From NCBI GenBank assembly GCA_052327205.1, contig CM126208.1, positions 200,694,001 through 200,758,000 of the forward strand: a DNA stretch of 64,000 bases, given 5' to 3'. A model generated the notes under the pieces. That model was given only the letters and a program-made list of their open reading frames with translations, was not told the DNA's origin and did not search any database. The position numbers and the translations under genes were made by a program. How positions within the stretch are numbered: position 1 is the stretch's first letter; every line of letters starts with the position of its first letter. The DNA comes from Somniosus microcephalus. Lineage: Eukaryota. Positions 12,517 through 24,947 of the stretch are shown piece by piece.

Positions 12517-12800
12517 CTATGAAAATAGTACACAATTATACTTTTTTAAATTCACACTGCTTACTATTTATGTGCATCTCACACACACACACTTACTTAT
12601 ATTTATGGTAGTCATACTATAAATACCAGTTGCTCAAGATCTTGTTCTAAAGCCAGCTGATATTGAAATAAAACAAATATATTTTGCCAACTATATGTTG
12701 ACCTCAAAATACAATTTGAATGAGCGGAGAGCTTCATTCAGCAAAACAGTGATATTATTATTGCACAATCCATTGAATCCATATTTAATTAGCAGTTGCA

Positions 12801-12832
<32 letters not shown>

Positions 12833-12839
12833 TTCTTGC

Positions 12840-12959
12840 CTTTTTTCTTTGTTCCTTTCCTGAGTTTTATCTCTTTGCTGGGATTCAATTCCACATGCAG
12901 CAGTCTACTATCTTACTGAAGTGACCATTATACATGCGTGTACCTCGATAATGAGTGAA
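12840..12959 (-). other. TAF2: candidate TAF2 cassette (poison) exon, 120 nt, GC donor, two in-frame stops
   Basis: Acceptor tgagCAG at 12961-12960; donor AAAG|GCAAGA; phase 1 at both ends. Reads VHSLSRYTHV*WSLQ*DSRLLHVELNPSKEIKLRKGTKKK(G). Confidence 0.4.
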
Positions 12960-13082
12960 CTGCTCATTCAGTAGAGACAATAAATACACACACAGTCACA
13001 TACATTAGCTTACTGTAACTCTGAGCACCACTTGGTCCCTTTTCCCACATTTAATGTAGCAACTTGTTCAGATTTCTCTCAC

Positions 13083-13188
13083 CTGGAGTGGATGGTCGTT
13101 CAAGTATGTTCAGCTGGTGATAAATAAAAGCCTGACTATCGTGAACAGAATCCATGTCAATCTCTTCATCTTCTTGAGAATTAGAAAA
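13083..13188 (-). CDS. TAF2: TAF2 internal coding exon (106 nt)
   Basis: FSNSQEDEEIDMDSVHDSQAFIYHQLNILERPSTP(G), matching the TAF2 segment FSSSQDEEEIDMDTVHDSQAF...ERPSTPG. Acceptor ttttatttTAG, donor GTGAGA; phase 0 in, phase 1 out. Confidence 0.95.
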
Positions 13189-13402
13189 CTAAAATAAAAT
13201 AAAAATTATAGTACCAAGATTTTTTTTGCATAAGGCAGAAATGTCACCCTGCATTTTTACAATGTTGGAATTTAAGATGTTAACAAATGGCTGATACTTA
13301 TACATATCTGTTGTACTAATCTGTTCAGTTTACACAAACAAACCAATTAAGGTGACAAGTTAACTTCCACTTCAGCCTCAACTTCTCCAACTCTTTCCTT
13401 CC

Positions 13403-13928
13403 TATAGACCAGTTAGCCTGACATCAGTAGTAGGGAAAATGCTTTTAGGGGCATGGTAACAGGGCACTTAGAAAATCATATGATTACACAGCGTCAACAC
13501 GGTTTTATGCAAGGGAAATTGTGTTCGATAAATCTTAGAGATTTTTGAGGGTGTAACTAGCAGGGTAGCTAAAGGGGAACCAGTGGGTGTAGTGTATTTG
13601 GATTTTCAAAAGGCATTCAATCAGGTGCCACAAGAAGTTGTTACACAAGATTCGGGTTACACAAGGTTAGGGTTCTTGGAATGGGGGGTAATGTATTAGC
13701 ATGGTTAAGAGGATTGGTTAACGAACAGAAAACAGAGTAGGAATAAACATGACATTTTCGGGTTGGCAGGTTGTAACGAGTGGAGTGCCGCAAGCATCAG
13801 TGCTGGGGCCTCAGCTGTTTACAATCTACATCAATGACTTAGATGAGGAGACTGAGTGCAATGTATCAAAGTTTGCTGATGATACAAAGCGAGGTGGGAA
13901 AGTAAGCTGTGAAGGGGACACAAAGATG
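13403..13928 (+). mobile_element. CR1 RT fragment, degenerate
   Basis: [22 protein letters not shown]...KFADDTK. Confidence 0.85.
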
Positions 13929-13944
13929 TATTCTTCATAGACTA

Positions 13945-14858
13945 TTACCTCTGCGACACCCTGGTCCACTCTTCCAACACCTGCTCCATTTCTCATGGCA
14001 CCTTCCCATGTAACAACTGCTCTTTCACCTGCTCCCCTTCCCACTGTCCAGGGCCCCAAACACTCCTTCCAGGTGAAAAAGCATTTTGTACTTCTTCCAA
14101 CTTCGTATACTGTATTCTCTGTTCATGATGTGCTGTCCCCTACATTGGGGGAGACCAAACGCTGATTGGGTGATCGCTTTGCTGAACACCTTGTTCAGTC
14201 CGCAAGCGTGACCCCGAGCTTGCAGTCGCTTGCCACTTTAATTCTTCAGCCCACTCTGATCTCGGTCTCCTACACTGTTCCAATGAAGCTCAACGCAATC
14301 TTGAGGAACAGCGCCTCATCTTTCTACTAGGCACTTTACAGCCTTCCGGCCTCAATATTGGTGCAGCCATCCTCAACATTAAGTGAGGATGGCGGCATCA
14401 GAGCCACTGGGAGTGGAGGTGGTCCATCGGTACACAGCCAGTGGGGTGGTCCACACATCCTAGGGTCCACCTGCCTTTCTTCCACCATACTCTTGAGCCA
14501 TGGGCACCTTCTCCTCGGTCAGATTTTCCATGCTTCCCGCCCCCTCTGCTATAACCATTAACACCACCTCTGGATCCTTCTTTTGTTTCTATACCTGTCT
14601 CATTATCACACCTTTTTGCCTTGCACCATCACCACTTGCCATTTAATCACTCCTGCCCTCCACCCCATCACAGCTCTCTTTTTTTTGTTCTTTTCCCACC
14701 CACTTTTTCCCTGCTCTGTACTTGCTTAAAAGCTGTTCATCCCTAACATCCTCCAGTTTTGATGAAAGGTCATCAATCTGAAGGGTTAACTCTGTTTCTC
14801 TCTCCACAGATGCTGCCTGACCTGCTGAGTGTTTCCAGCAATTTCTGTTTTTATTTCA
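13945..14858 (+). mobile_element. Penelope-like element 3' fragment (GIY-YIG remnant and terminal repeat)
   Basis: tacattgggggagaccaaacgctgattgggtgatcgctttgctgaacac encodes a YIGETKR.LGDRF.EH-like motif. Terminal ...tctctctccacagatgctgcctgacc is shared with 53240-55067. Confidence 0.8.
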
Positions 14859-14926
14859 ATTAAGGTGAAGAGTTGCTCTATTTTCCAGAAACTGCATTTG
14901 CAATCAATTTAAAAGAACCTCCTTAC

Positions 14927-15082
14927 TTTGATTTTAAGTTTAACTTTGTTGTTATCTTCATCCTTCTCCAGAATTTGGCCAGGTTCCAGTGGGGAACCAA
15001 GTGGGGTCTCAGCTTTTCTCTTTACACCCTGCTGAACTCCAGGCCCGGTAGGTGCAGAGTCCTTGGCAAGATGCTCCTCTTC
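14927..15082 (-). CDS. TAF2: TAF2 internal coding exon (156 nt, symmetric phase 0)
   Basis: EEEHLAKDSAPTGPGVQQGVKRKAETPLGSPLEPGQILEKDEDNNKVKLKIK, resembling the segment found in long TAF2 isoforms. Acceptor ttcttttcCAG, donor GTAAGG. Confidence 0.9.
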
Positions 15083-15084
15083 CT

Positions 15085-15490
15085 GGAAAAGAAAGAACTT
15101 GCATTTATATAGCACCTTTGACAACTTAAGGATCTTCACAGCCAATGAAGTACTTTTGAAGTGTAGTCACTTCTATAATTTAGCAAAACATAGCAGCCAA
15201 TCTGCACACAGCAGGGTCCCACAAACAACAATCAGATAAATGACCAGCTAATCTGTTTTAAGTGGTGGTGGTTGATGGATAAATATTGTCATGGGATCTT
15301 ACACATCCACCTTAGGGGGGCAGAGGCAGACATCTTATCTGAAAGATGGCACATCAGACAATGCAGCACTCTCTCAATACTACACTGAGTTTTCAGCCTA
15401 GATTATGTGATCAAGTCTCTGGAGTGGGGCTTGAATCCATAACCTTCTGATTTGGAAGTGGAGAGCTACTACTAAGCCAAGGCAGACACC
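15085..15490 (-). mobile_element. tRNA-derived SINE with L2-type tail (SacSINE1/Deu-domain-like)
   Basis: On the minus strand it starts GTGTCTGCCTTGGCTTAGTAG (A-box-like), has GATTCAAGCCC (B-box-like), a central ...ATCTTTCAGATAAGATG, and the tail GCTATATAAATGCAAGTTCTTTC. Confidence 0.8.
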
Positions 15491-15555
15491 AGAGAAAAAC
15501 AAAACAGCTGATGAATCTCATTACCACTTTATAAATCTGCTCCTATACAATAAGG

Positions 15556-15624
15556 AAGGAAGGAACTTATATAGCGCCTTTCACAACCTCAGGACATCTC
15601 AAAGCGGTTTATAACCAATGAAGT
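15556..15624 (-). mobile_element. 3' tail fragment of the same SINE family
   Basis: gaacttatatagcgcctttcacaacctcaggacatctcaaagcg...ccaatgaagt parallels 15095-15152. Confidence 0.65.
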
Positions 15625-16871
15625 TAGACTTTTCCCTTAAATGTTAACATTTTTTTGTTCTGCATTTTCCTGGAAGCGTGAGCTGATCGTGGTGAGGGAG
15701 ACAGGGCATTTGGGACCAACAGACTATCTCCTTAGCCAGAGATTTAAGGATCGAGAAAGAAACAGGAATGACAGAGAAGGAAATAGGGTGAATTAAAGTC
15801 AAATCAGGTACAGAAAGGAGAGAGAGGTAGGAAAAGAAAGATGGGATTAAGAGAATAAAAGAGAAAGGAAAAGAATTTAAAAATCTCTAACAATTTACTA
15901 CCTGCAGGAATGACACTCCAATTGTTCTCTTTCTGGGCCGAAAAGATTGAGTGGGAATGCAGGAACATAAATCTCGTCATTAAAAAGGTACCTACGCTGT
16001 TAAGTACTAGCCCTAACTTTGTGGTGAGTTTATTTAACAATGTGAAAATACAGCAATTTCTTGAAACTTACATGGAGGTTGAGGGCGATCTGCCATTTTC
16101 ACGAGGCTGACTGAGGAGTGGCACAAATCATCCAGCAACTTGTGGTGATTCGCAATTCATGGGGTATCGCTTCCTCGCCACAGGTTGCTGGACAATTTAC
16201 ACATTAACAACAGCGTGACAGGACTGTTCAATCTATGGTGACACCATCCAGTAGCACTTCTGAGTCTTTGGCCAGCCTGTGGATGGCAAGGAATGGGTGC
16301 AGATGTTCCTATCTCTCCAGAGTAGGGCAAGGCTCAGAGGGAAAAGTTTGTGCCATATTCTGTGCAATAATGAAAGGTAGCAAAGATAATTTCAGGGTAC
16401 TGGTCACTGGAAAGGATCCAAGCCGTACAAAATCAATTTAAATCCAAAGCTGTCCAGAACTGCAGAGAATCCTCCCGGAACCAAGCTTATGGAGGACGGT
16501 CTCAGTGGGCTGTACTGAGGCAAGTCAAACATTTTAATGAAACAATAAATAAACTCAGAAAAACAATCTTCAGTCTTGTAACGGATCCAATATGGTTAAA
16601 AATGACACCATATATGACACCAGTATATTCAGAACTAATTCAACTGATGGAACAGCAAAGTAATTTGTTTTGCTAATGTGAAAGACAGCAGAGAATTGGT
16701 GGCAACAGAAAAGGAAACAAAAACTACGGGTAAACCCTAGAAATGGGCAAAGTAAAGGAAGGTCACCTGGTTAGCAAAGCTCATAAAGGGGCAATGCTCC
16801 CAGGTGATTTATTTTTTCTTCCATGTTGGAAGAAGCTCCTACTTGTATGTGAAGCCACTATTCAGAACTTC

Positions 16872-17540
16872 TGGGCGGTAATTTGTAGCCCCTACCGGTG
16901 CATACACACCTGTAGGGACCACGCCAGTTCTGGGTTTAGGCATGCACTGCGCACATGCCAAAACCAGGAACTTGCAATCTGTCAAGAATTTTCTCGACGT
17001 ATCCCCGGGAAAAGGGCATCCGCAGGCGGAGAGTTGGGCTATTTGCCCAACTTCATCCCAGCAAATGCCAGTGAAATTCTTACACCTGATAAAAGCAGGT
17101 ATAAGGCCTGCTTTTACCCAAGAGTTTTAAAAAACAGAAAAATAAAAAGTTATCAATAATTTATACATTTAAAAACCTGTGAAATAAGTTTATTTTTAGC
17201 CCCTTCAAAACATGTAAATTTATTTTTCAAAAAATTAAATTTGTTTTAAATATTTAATTTAAATGCCATTTTAATTAATTTTAAATGTGATTTAAAAAAA
17301 AATGATTTGAAGTGTAGAGGTATTTTTTGGGGTATTCCCATTCATACTTGAGGGGATTCTGTAATACATGTGATCCCAATGGCGCTTGCAATCCGCCTGC
17401 GCCCCTGGAATACCAGCAGGTACCCGGGAAGGCCCAGGACCGCAAGTCTCCATACCTCCCGGGCCCCCAGGTAGGTGCGGATTTTATTTGTGGATCGGAG
17501 GTATATCCCCGTGGGAAGCCTCCGACCGGAAATTCAGGGC
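16872..17540. mobile_element. Harbinger-type MITE, degenerate relative of 37938-38545
   Basis: Shares the internal palindrome (ctgataaaagcagg...gcctgcttttacc), an AT-rich core and the right end gggaagcctcc...ggaaattcagggcc. The left boundary is uncertain. Confidence 0.6.
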
Positions 17541-18395
17541 CAATGTTTCATCCGATCAACATTCTTTGGGAAACCTGACAAAAAAGGTACAACCTCCAAT
17601 GTGAATATACAGAAGACAAGTGACTTGGATTAAAAGTGGTTTCTGTAGGAGAATACACACGTTTGTAGTATTTTATTTTACAATATCAACATTTATACAA
17701 CAGTTAACAAGGTAAAGTCTAAATTGTTTTTTAAGCTGCATCTCAATGATCGAACAGAATGTTTCAGGTTAACTCCCTTTATGAAAGGTCATTAAATGAG
17801 GAATGCATTAGGGAATCCGTAATTGAGAAAATTATATTTACTGTTACTTTAAATGTAAAGAATGCAAATGTGGAATCCAGCATTAATTGAAAAAGAATTT
17901 TGTTTAAAGTCTTGAGCTTTTGTGCACGTTTCTCACAGCAAAACTAGATTAAATACATGGATTACCACCACTTCCTCTCACTATTTTTTAAATAAATCAA
18001 TACTGAACAATTGAACTATTTGTAACAGACTGCTATTATTCAGTGAGCGATCATTACCTCAAACTTTCCAGCACTAATGCTGAACAGATGCCAACTACTG
18101 CAAGTAGTCCATCTTCCGACCAGATCCTCTTGAATTTGAGGATCAGGGTCACCTAATCATGGTTTCCTGCATCTGTGGGGGGTTTCCTTAATTCTCAGAA
18201 TTTTGAATGAAACATCATGTAAAAAGAAGTTTTCTTTTTCTGGTGTGAGGGAGGTGAAGGGGAATGAAATGGTTGAATAAGCTGCATTTAAATTGTGCCT
18301 GCTGATTATGGAATGGAGATATTAATTCAGGAAGCTCGCAGTAAAGAAATTATATCTAATTTTAATCATTTTTAAAAGTATATACAATACCTGCA

Positions 18396-18810
18396 TCAAC
18401 AACTTGCATTAATATAATGTCTTTAACATAGTAAAACATACCAAAGTGCTTCAAGGGAGTGTATTAAGACAAAATTTGATACAGCCATATAAAATATTAG
18501 GACAGGCAACCAAAAGCTTAGTCAAAGAGGAAGGATTTAAGAAGCGTATTAAGAGGAGAGAGAGATGGAGAGATTTAGGGGGGGAAATCCAGAGCTTAAG
18601 GCCTAGACAACTGAAGGCATGGTCGCCTATGGTGTTCCGAAGGAAATTAGGGATGCACAAGAGGCCGGAATTGGAGAAGCACAGTGATCTCGGAGGGTTG
18701 TAGGGGCTAGGGAGGGATGAGGCCATGGAGGGATGAGAATTTCAAATTCGAGATGTTGCTGGGCCATGAGCCAATGTAGGTTGGGGAGCACAGGGGTAAT
18801 GGGACTCGAG
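18396..18810 (-). mobile_element. L2-like LINE 3' fragment
   Basis: Reverse complement of the L2 3' region seen at 21870-22190. Confidence 0.7.
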
Positions 18811-18863
18811 AGTGTTGAATTAGCATCAAAATGAATTGCGAGAAAATACTGTTACTTGCTTAC

Positions 18864-19093
18864 ATTAATCTGGAAGCCAGACATTAGCCCATGTATGTTT
18901 GCAGTGCCTATGATCTCTTGACCACTTGCTCCTGTCTCAGGAATAATAATAGGATTCAGCACAGTCTTCTTTTCCTTCAAGTTGAGGACGAGACCTAGCT
19001 CAGGTAGAGGAAGGCAAGAAGGTCTGCTGAGGCCAAACAAGGTATAGTATACATCCACAGCATCACAACGAAGTCTCCAGTCATGGGAAGTTC
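18864..19093 (-). CDS. TAF2: TAF2 internal coding exon (230 nt)
   Basis: (G)TSHDWRLRCDAVDVYYTLFGLSRPSCLPLPELGLVLNLKEKKTVLNPIIIPE...GFQIN, a strongly TAF2-like sequence. AG/GTAAGC boundaries; phase 1 in, phase 0 out. Confidence 0.96.
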
Positions 19094-21439
19094 CTTTAAT
19101 TAAATAAAAAAAATGGTGATGCTTTCCATTATCTGCAGCACTGATTTTCAAGACAGGCACTAAATTTACTTTAACTAATCTCTCAAGACACAGAAACCTA
19201 AAATAATGATAGCAAGATGGTGCTGTGCACTGAAGTGCTAGTCTGGAACCTATCTTGTGGAGAAAAAAGATTAGATCCCACCTGCTGCTGAGTTGCTGAT
19301 CTCAGCTAGACTGTTATGTGACATTACAAAATAGAGCTGTGGGAGGAATTAGGAGTCTTGTTACGTGCCTCCTAGAGCTGCTTGAACAGCAACACTCTTT
19401 TTGACTATAGGAGGGGCATAGACCAGGGAGTAAACACTTCACAGGAAAAAAAAACCCAAATAAATGTGGGAGAGAAGAAATCTAGAATTTTTCTGTAATT
19501 ACAATCATTAAAAACAGAAATTTCGCTGAATGTTTCTTTAAAGTTCAGCTTAATTTGGAAAGATCCAAATTGGATTGATACAGATCAGTTCAAATAACCT
19601 TAAAGCACATCTTTAAGAAAAAGGACAAAAAAATTGTAGCTCAATGGGGTATAATTTATTTTTGTGCAGCTGTTGAGAGAGAAATTCTATTTCAAAAAGC
19701 TGCTTGGGTAACATACTAATGAGCAGGTTGTCAAGAAAGTTTAGATTGCACAACTGACTTAAGGTATAACATCATAATGAATCTGTCACCTTTGTCCAAC
19801 AGTTCAAAGTCATTACTATTGGGACTCGTAAGTGTGTGGAGTTGTGGCATGGAGCCTCAGCTACCCACAAAATCCATGACTAGGAATGAGGCAATTGCTT
19901 CACTGCCAAACTCCTTACACAATGTACTCATCGCAGACCCCTAGAAACAGCTGACCTGGAACCTAAAACATTCCTCACTAATTTCATCAACTTCAGACGA
20001 GACCTGTGCTCTCCCTCAGCAGAAAGTCACAGACCTATACAGTAGGACTTAAGCCCATCAGCGCCTTTCCTAAAGTCAGCCTACAGCAGCGTTAAAATCC
20101 AGCACAGCCACCAATTAAGATTCCAGTATTTCATCCTGTAAACTTTGTGCAAATTATAAATTGTACACAGACATCACAATGATTGGTTTATACAATAATT
20201 CTGGAATGTATAATAATTCTCCCTTTTCTGGAATCTCTCCCTGACTGACTCAAGTTACCTATACTTCGAAGTCCTTCCAATATGAAGCCAGTCTGGATCC
20301 AAGGCCAGTTTGTGAAACATTCTTCAGGTAGCCATTGCACTGGGAAGGGGGAAGGGGCACGGTTAAACTCTAGGTCAGTAGGCTGGCTACAAACAAAAGA
20401 TTCATGCAACAGGAAATCTACAGTGGAAGAGCATTTTCCCTAGGTGATTTCCTTCCTTCCTATATGGGAGATGCTGGGTATTCTAAGGACACTTTTCCAT
20501 GGTAGTACAGCTAAGACTGTTGATGCACCATGTGTGGAATTATAGATACAAACCCATATGCTACTACTCTTCAGGTGCACTCGTGTAAAACCTCAGGTGT
20601 TCAAGTTTTTGAATTACACAATATTTCACAAACACACTGAACTGTTTTGTGAATATAACAGTTAGTTGATTTAGAAAAATTCTAACATTTGAACAGATTA
20701 TTTTGTGTAATATGCAGAATAGTGCTTTGGTAAATGTGAAAGTATAATAGTAAATGTGATTTTTCTTCTTTTCCTTAGTTAACTTTCTTCATCATAACTA
20801 TAGGAAAGTAGCGACATTCAAAAGAAATGAAGTACTAGAGCATTATACTTTGAGATATATGGTTCTCACCATGTTGCATTAAAAAAAAAAAATCTACAAA
20901 TAATTTAGTTTCTTTTCCGGAGATAGTCTTGCATTTTTAATATTGAAAAAAGTGCATCAAACTTATCAAGCCAATAAGCTAATTCTGTTTCATATTTTAA
21001 GCATTCACATTTCAGTCCTCTATTTATGTGACAGTACTTCAATTATTAAACTTCCTGGCAATCGCCTAATGCTATTTCTCAATAAACTGCCAGTTACAGT
21101 TCAATTATTAATCACCTTGTGTAAATGTTCAATGTCAAGGACATAAAGCACACTGGCAGCTAATGTCCACAATGATAGGTACTGCTAACCCAAAGTAGAA
21201 TACAAATATCCACAAAGTTAAAATTATATGTAGTACTGTACATATTATAAATAAGTATGGAGATAATTAAAAATTACAAGGGTTTTACATATTTATAAAT
21301 TGCTTAAGCTTCAGTTTCACAGTCTATGTCTCCTGAAACCTATCCATTAGCTACATATTTATGTTTTTTTGTTAGAAATTGATATCCAGCATAACAAATA
21401 GTACATATTTTGCAGAAATACAAGGTGGCTGAAAGACCA

Positions 21440-21845
21440 TAGACAGTAGGATGGGCATAAGGCTGGAGAAGGTTAGAGAGATAGGGTGAGGCAAGGCCAT
21501 GTAGGGATTTGGAGGACAGGGAGCCAATGCAGCTTGGTGAAAACCGGATAATGGACAGTCAGAGACAGTACAGATACGGATGGGTGGCTGAGTTTTGGAC
21601 AATTTGAAGTTTATTGAAGACGGAAATGAAAGGGCAGCAAGTAGGAGCAAAGACCGGGGGTATTGCATAGGTGGAAATAAACAGTTTTGTTAATGGGCAG
21701 GACGTGGGGTTTGAAGCTCAGCTCGGGGTTGAACAGGTTGCAAAGTTTTGCATGGTCTGGTTCAGCCTGAGCAAGAGGGAATGGAATAAGTGAGAAAGGA
21801 GCAGAGTTTATAATGGAGGCCAACAACAATGGCTTTGGTCTTCCA
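21440..21845 (-). mobile_element. L2-like LINE RT fragment, degenerate
   Basis: Minus frame ...NPELSFKPHVLPINKTVYFHLCN resembles the L2 ORF2 motif D..LSF..HI..I.K.A.FHL.NI. Confidence 0.55.
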
Positions 21846-21869
21846 AATGGACCTTTGATTTATCCATGA

Positions 21870-22190
21870 CCCTCCGAGATATCTGCGCTCCTCTAATTCT
21901 GGCTTCATGAGCAGCCCGATCATAATCGCTCAACCATTGGTAGTCGTGCCTTCAGCTGCCTAGGCCCGAAGCTCTGGAATTCCCCTCCCTAAATCTCTCC
22001 GCCTCTCTACCGCTCTCTCCTCCTTTAAGACGCTTCTTAAAGCCTACCGCTTTGACAAAGCTTTTGGTCATCTGCCCTTATATCTCCTTATGTGGCTTGG
22101 TATCAGGTTTTGTTTTGTAACGCACCTGTGAAGCGCCTTGGGACGTTTTACTACGTTAAAGGCACGATAGAAATACAAGTTGTTGTTGTT
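21870..22190 (+). mobile_element. L2-like LINE 3' end
   Basis: cgtgccttcagctgcctaggcccgaagctctggaattccctccc...gaaatacaagttgttgttgtt tail. Confidence 0.75.
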
Positions 22191-22596
22191 ATCAGACAGT
22201 CGGTAGAATTGCGGAAGGTAGGTAGAGTGAGGTGTTGTCAGCATACATATGACAACTGACCCCCATGTCTGTGAATGTCACAAAGGGCTGGCATGTAGAG
22301 AAAGAGACTAAGCATAGATCATCTGAGGACTCAGGTAATGGTCTTATTTATTTATAAATCAAATAAATTAACAATCTGGATGTTTACCCATCAATTCACT
22401 CTAAAGTGCACAGGTCTCAAAGGGTCTTTGCTATCGCAATTTTTAAGAAAACATTAAGCTGGTTTATGTTGTTTGTTTTTCTATGATTTATTATATTAAT
22501 GTTAGTAATGCAAAAAAAAATTATTGGCAACATGGAGATTCAAAGCACAAACCCACATTGCATCAGTTTATAACACAATGCATTAAAAACATCATA

Positions 22597-24947
22597 GGGG
22601 CTAAATTGGATAGCCCCCAAAAATGGGCACAGCCATATCCTAACAACTGCACCACTAGCCTCAGCCACTATTCAAATTACCACTCCAACACTCACCTGCC
22701 ACCAATCGCTATCAATCAGGACTCATACCTAACATGCATATGTTCCACCTCACCTTCGCACACTGTTTAAAGCCTCACACCCACATCTCTCAGTTCGTAA
22801 ACACTGCCAGCTATTCAACCATGACAGCCACATCACCCAAACAAATTTTACAACACTCACTGACACTTCCCTCTCTCTTACAGGAGAAGGTGGTGCACAA
22901 CTGGAGGCAGCAGGAACTAACCGGAGAGGGAGAGGTGCTGCATGCTCTAACCCCCATGGAGGAGATGGTGTTGACCATTGTCAGAAGTGCCATTGTGGAG
23001 GCCGTGGCCAGCGCCGGGGCTGAATCCATTTTAGATGACTGAATCCTCATACTTAATCCTCCTTCTCACATCCCATTTCCTCCTCATCCCACAATCTCTT
23101 CTGACTTACAAGCTGCAGATTGGTGTAAGCATGCACCTATTTGCTTTCCACCCCCTCCCCTCACCACAATGGTACCCTTGTGCATTTGTCTTTTGATACC
23201 CAAGAAGTGCAATCTTGCCAGGGATTGGAGGAAGACCAAGAAGAAAGTGAAGATGACACACTGTAACTTGATTTCACACACTCAGCCACCAGCTCAGATA
23301 CTGACACTGAGCTTTTCTTAGAGGATAGATTAGAGGCGGGATCTGTACGTGGTGAGACACCGGGCACGGGGGTGTGGGGGGGGAAAAGAGAGGAAGGATA
23401 GCGCAGGTGGCAGCTCGCCAGAGACTTCTGCATTGGGAAGCCTGCCAGAAAGCCTGCGTTCAATGTCAAGGAGCACACAGCTTGGAGCCCATCCTTTCCA
23501 GCATGGAAGCACTGGCCAACTCAATCAACACAGTTGTGGACCCAACCATGATGTGGCGTCTCAGCTTCCATCAAAAATCGGAGTCCTGCAGTGGAAGCTC
23601 ACACTGAAGGTGTGCATGATCAAATTGCTGCCATGCAAGCTCAGACTGTTGCCATCATGTCTGCAGGTACCAGTATTCAAAGGGGCTAGCATGGTGTCAC
23701 AGCAGTCCAGCAAACTGTCCATCAAATTACTAGGATTGCTGAGGCGCCACCTGGGGGCGTAGCAGTGGCTCCATGGCGCACGAGCCTGATGTCCTCCCAC
23801 TCCACCAGTGCCCTTGCTGTTGCCCGTCAGACAGCCAGCCCAGACTGCTGCTGCCCATACCAAGATGGTGCAGTCTGAAACATGGCCTTCTAGGCCCAGA
23901 GCTGCTAGACATCGTCCTCCAAGGCTATCTGCAGTCTCCTCCACTGAAAGTCAGCAGCCTTCCACCAACCATACTGCGGCCACTGCGTAGGAGCACTAGG
24001 ACAGGCAAAGGCACACAGAAGGCGGGCATTAAGGGAATGCACAAGGGTGATTACGCTTGTATGCAATATATAGCATGATTTCATTTATAAATTTGGTTTG
24101 TAATGTTTATTTTGTGATGGGTTTTATTTTTGTATTGTGGCCAAGAGGACGCAGTGATGGTCAGTAACAAAGCGATGGTAAGGAGTGTGGGACTGTTGGT
24201 GAATGGGGAATTGGGGTTGCGGTTCCAGTTCCTAGTATCTCATTTGAATTAGTTCTTCACGTACAGCGCGGGCAGAAAGGAACTGTCTAAGTTGCCACCT
24301 CTTTTCTGCATCCTTGTGCTCTTGCTCTTCAGCTTCGCACCTGATAGCTGGTGGCAAGGTCTGTCCCCTAATGAAGGCAAGGTTATGCAACATGCAGCAT
24401 ACCACCACAAATCTCGAGACCTGCTCAGCCGAATACGGAAGGGCTCCTCCAGTCATGCTTTATTTCAAGAGGAAGGCCTACTAGTACACCCATGTCTGGG
24501 AGCAACTAGTTTGTGCAGAAGCCTTGAAGTCACCAAAAAGTACTTCAGCACCTGCCACACCACTCCCTGTAGACTTTTGAAACAACTATGGAAAGCAGTA
24601 AAAACCATGTGGAATTGTAGGAACAGACAGAAGAGATTAACCAGCAACTAAGCTGTAAGTAGTTGCTGATTGCTTTAAATAGTGTTGGTGCTGGGGTCCT
24701 TCCTGCTGCTTAATGAATGTTCAGCTGTATGAGCTTGAGGGAGCATCGGCTGGACTGCTGAGCTCATTGATTGGTTTACGTCATGATCTACCTGTTCTGC
24801 ATACTTCCGCCAGATGCCAACACCTGCACCAAGATGGGGTCTGGCGCCCTTCTCACCATAAGTGGTGCGCGCCGCGGATACCATTTTAAAACTCGGGCAT
24901 TCACAGCTCCCAAAAAATGGGCGCTGCTAAACGCAATTTCTTGCTCC
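22597..24947. mobile_element. Decayed PIF/Harbinger DNA transposon
   Basis: ata 3-bp TSD and imperfect TIRs (GGGGCTAAATTG / CAATTTCTTGCTCC). The minus strand at 24232-24456 encodes GGALPYSAEQVSRFVVVCCMLHNLA, a HARBI1-type transposase C-terminus. The plus strand at about 22880-23040 encodes EKVVHN.RQQELTGEG...LTPMEE, like the Myb/SANT partner ORF. Confidence 0.75.
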
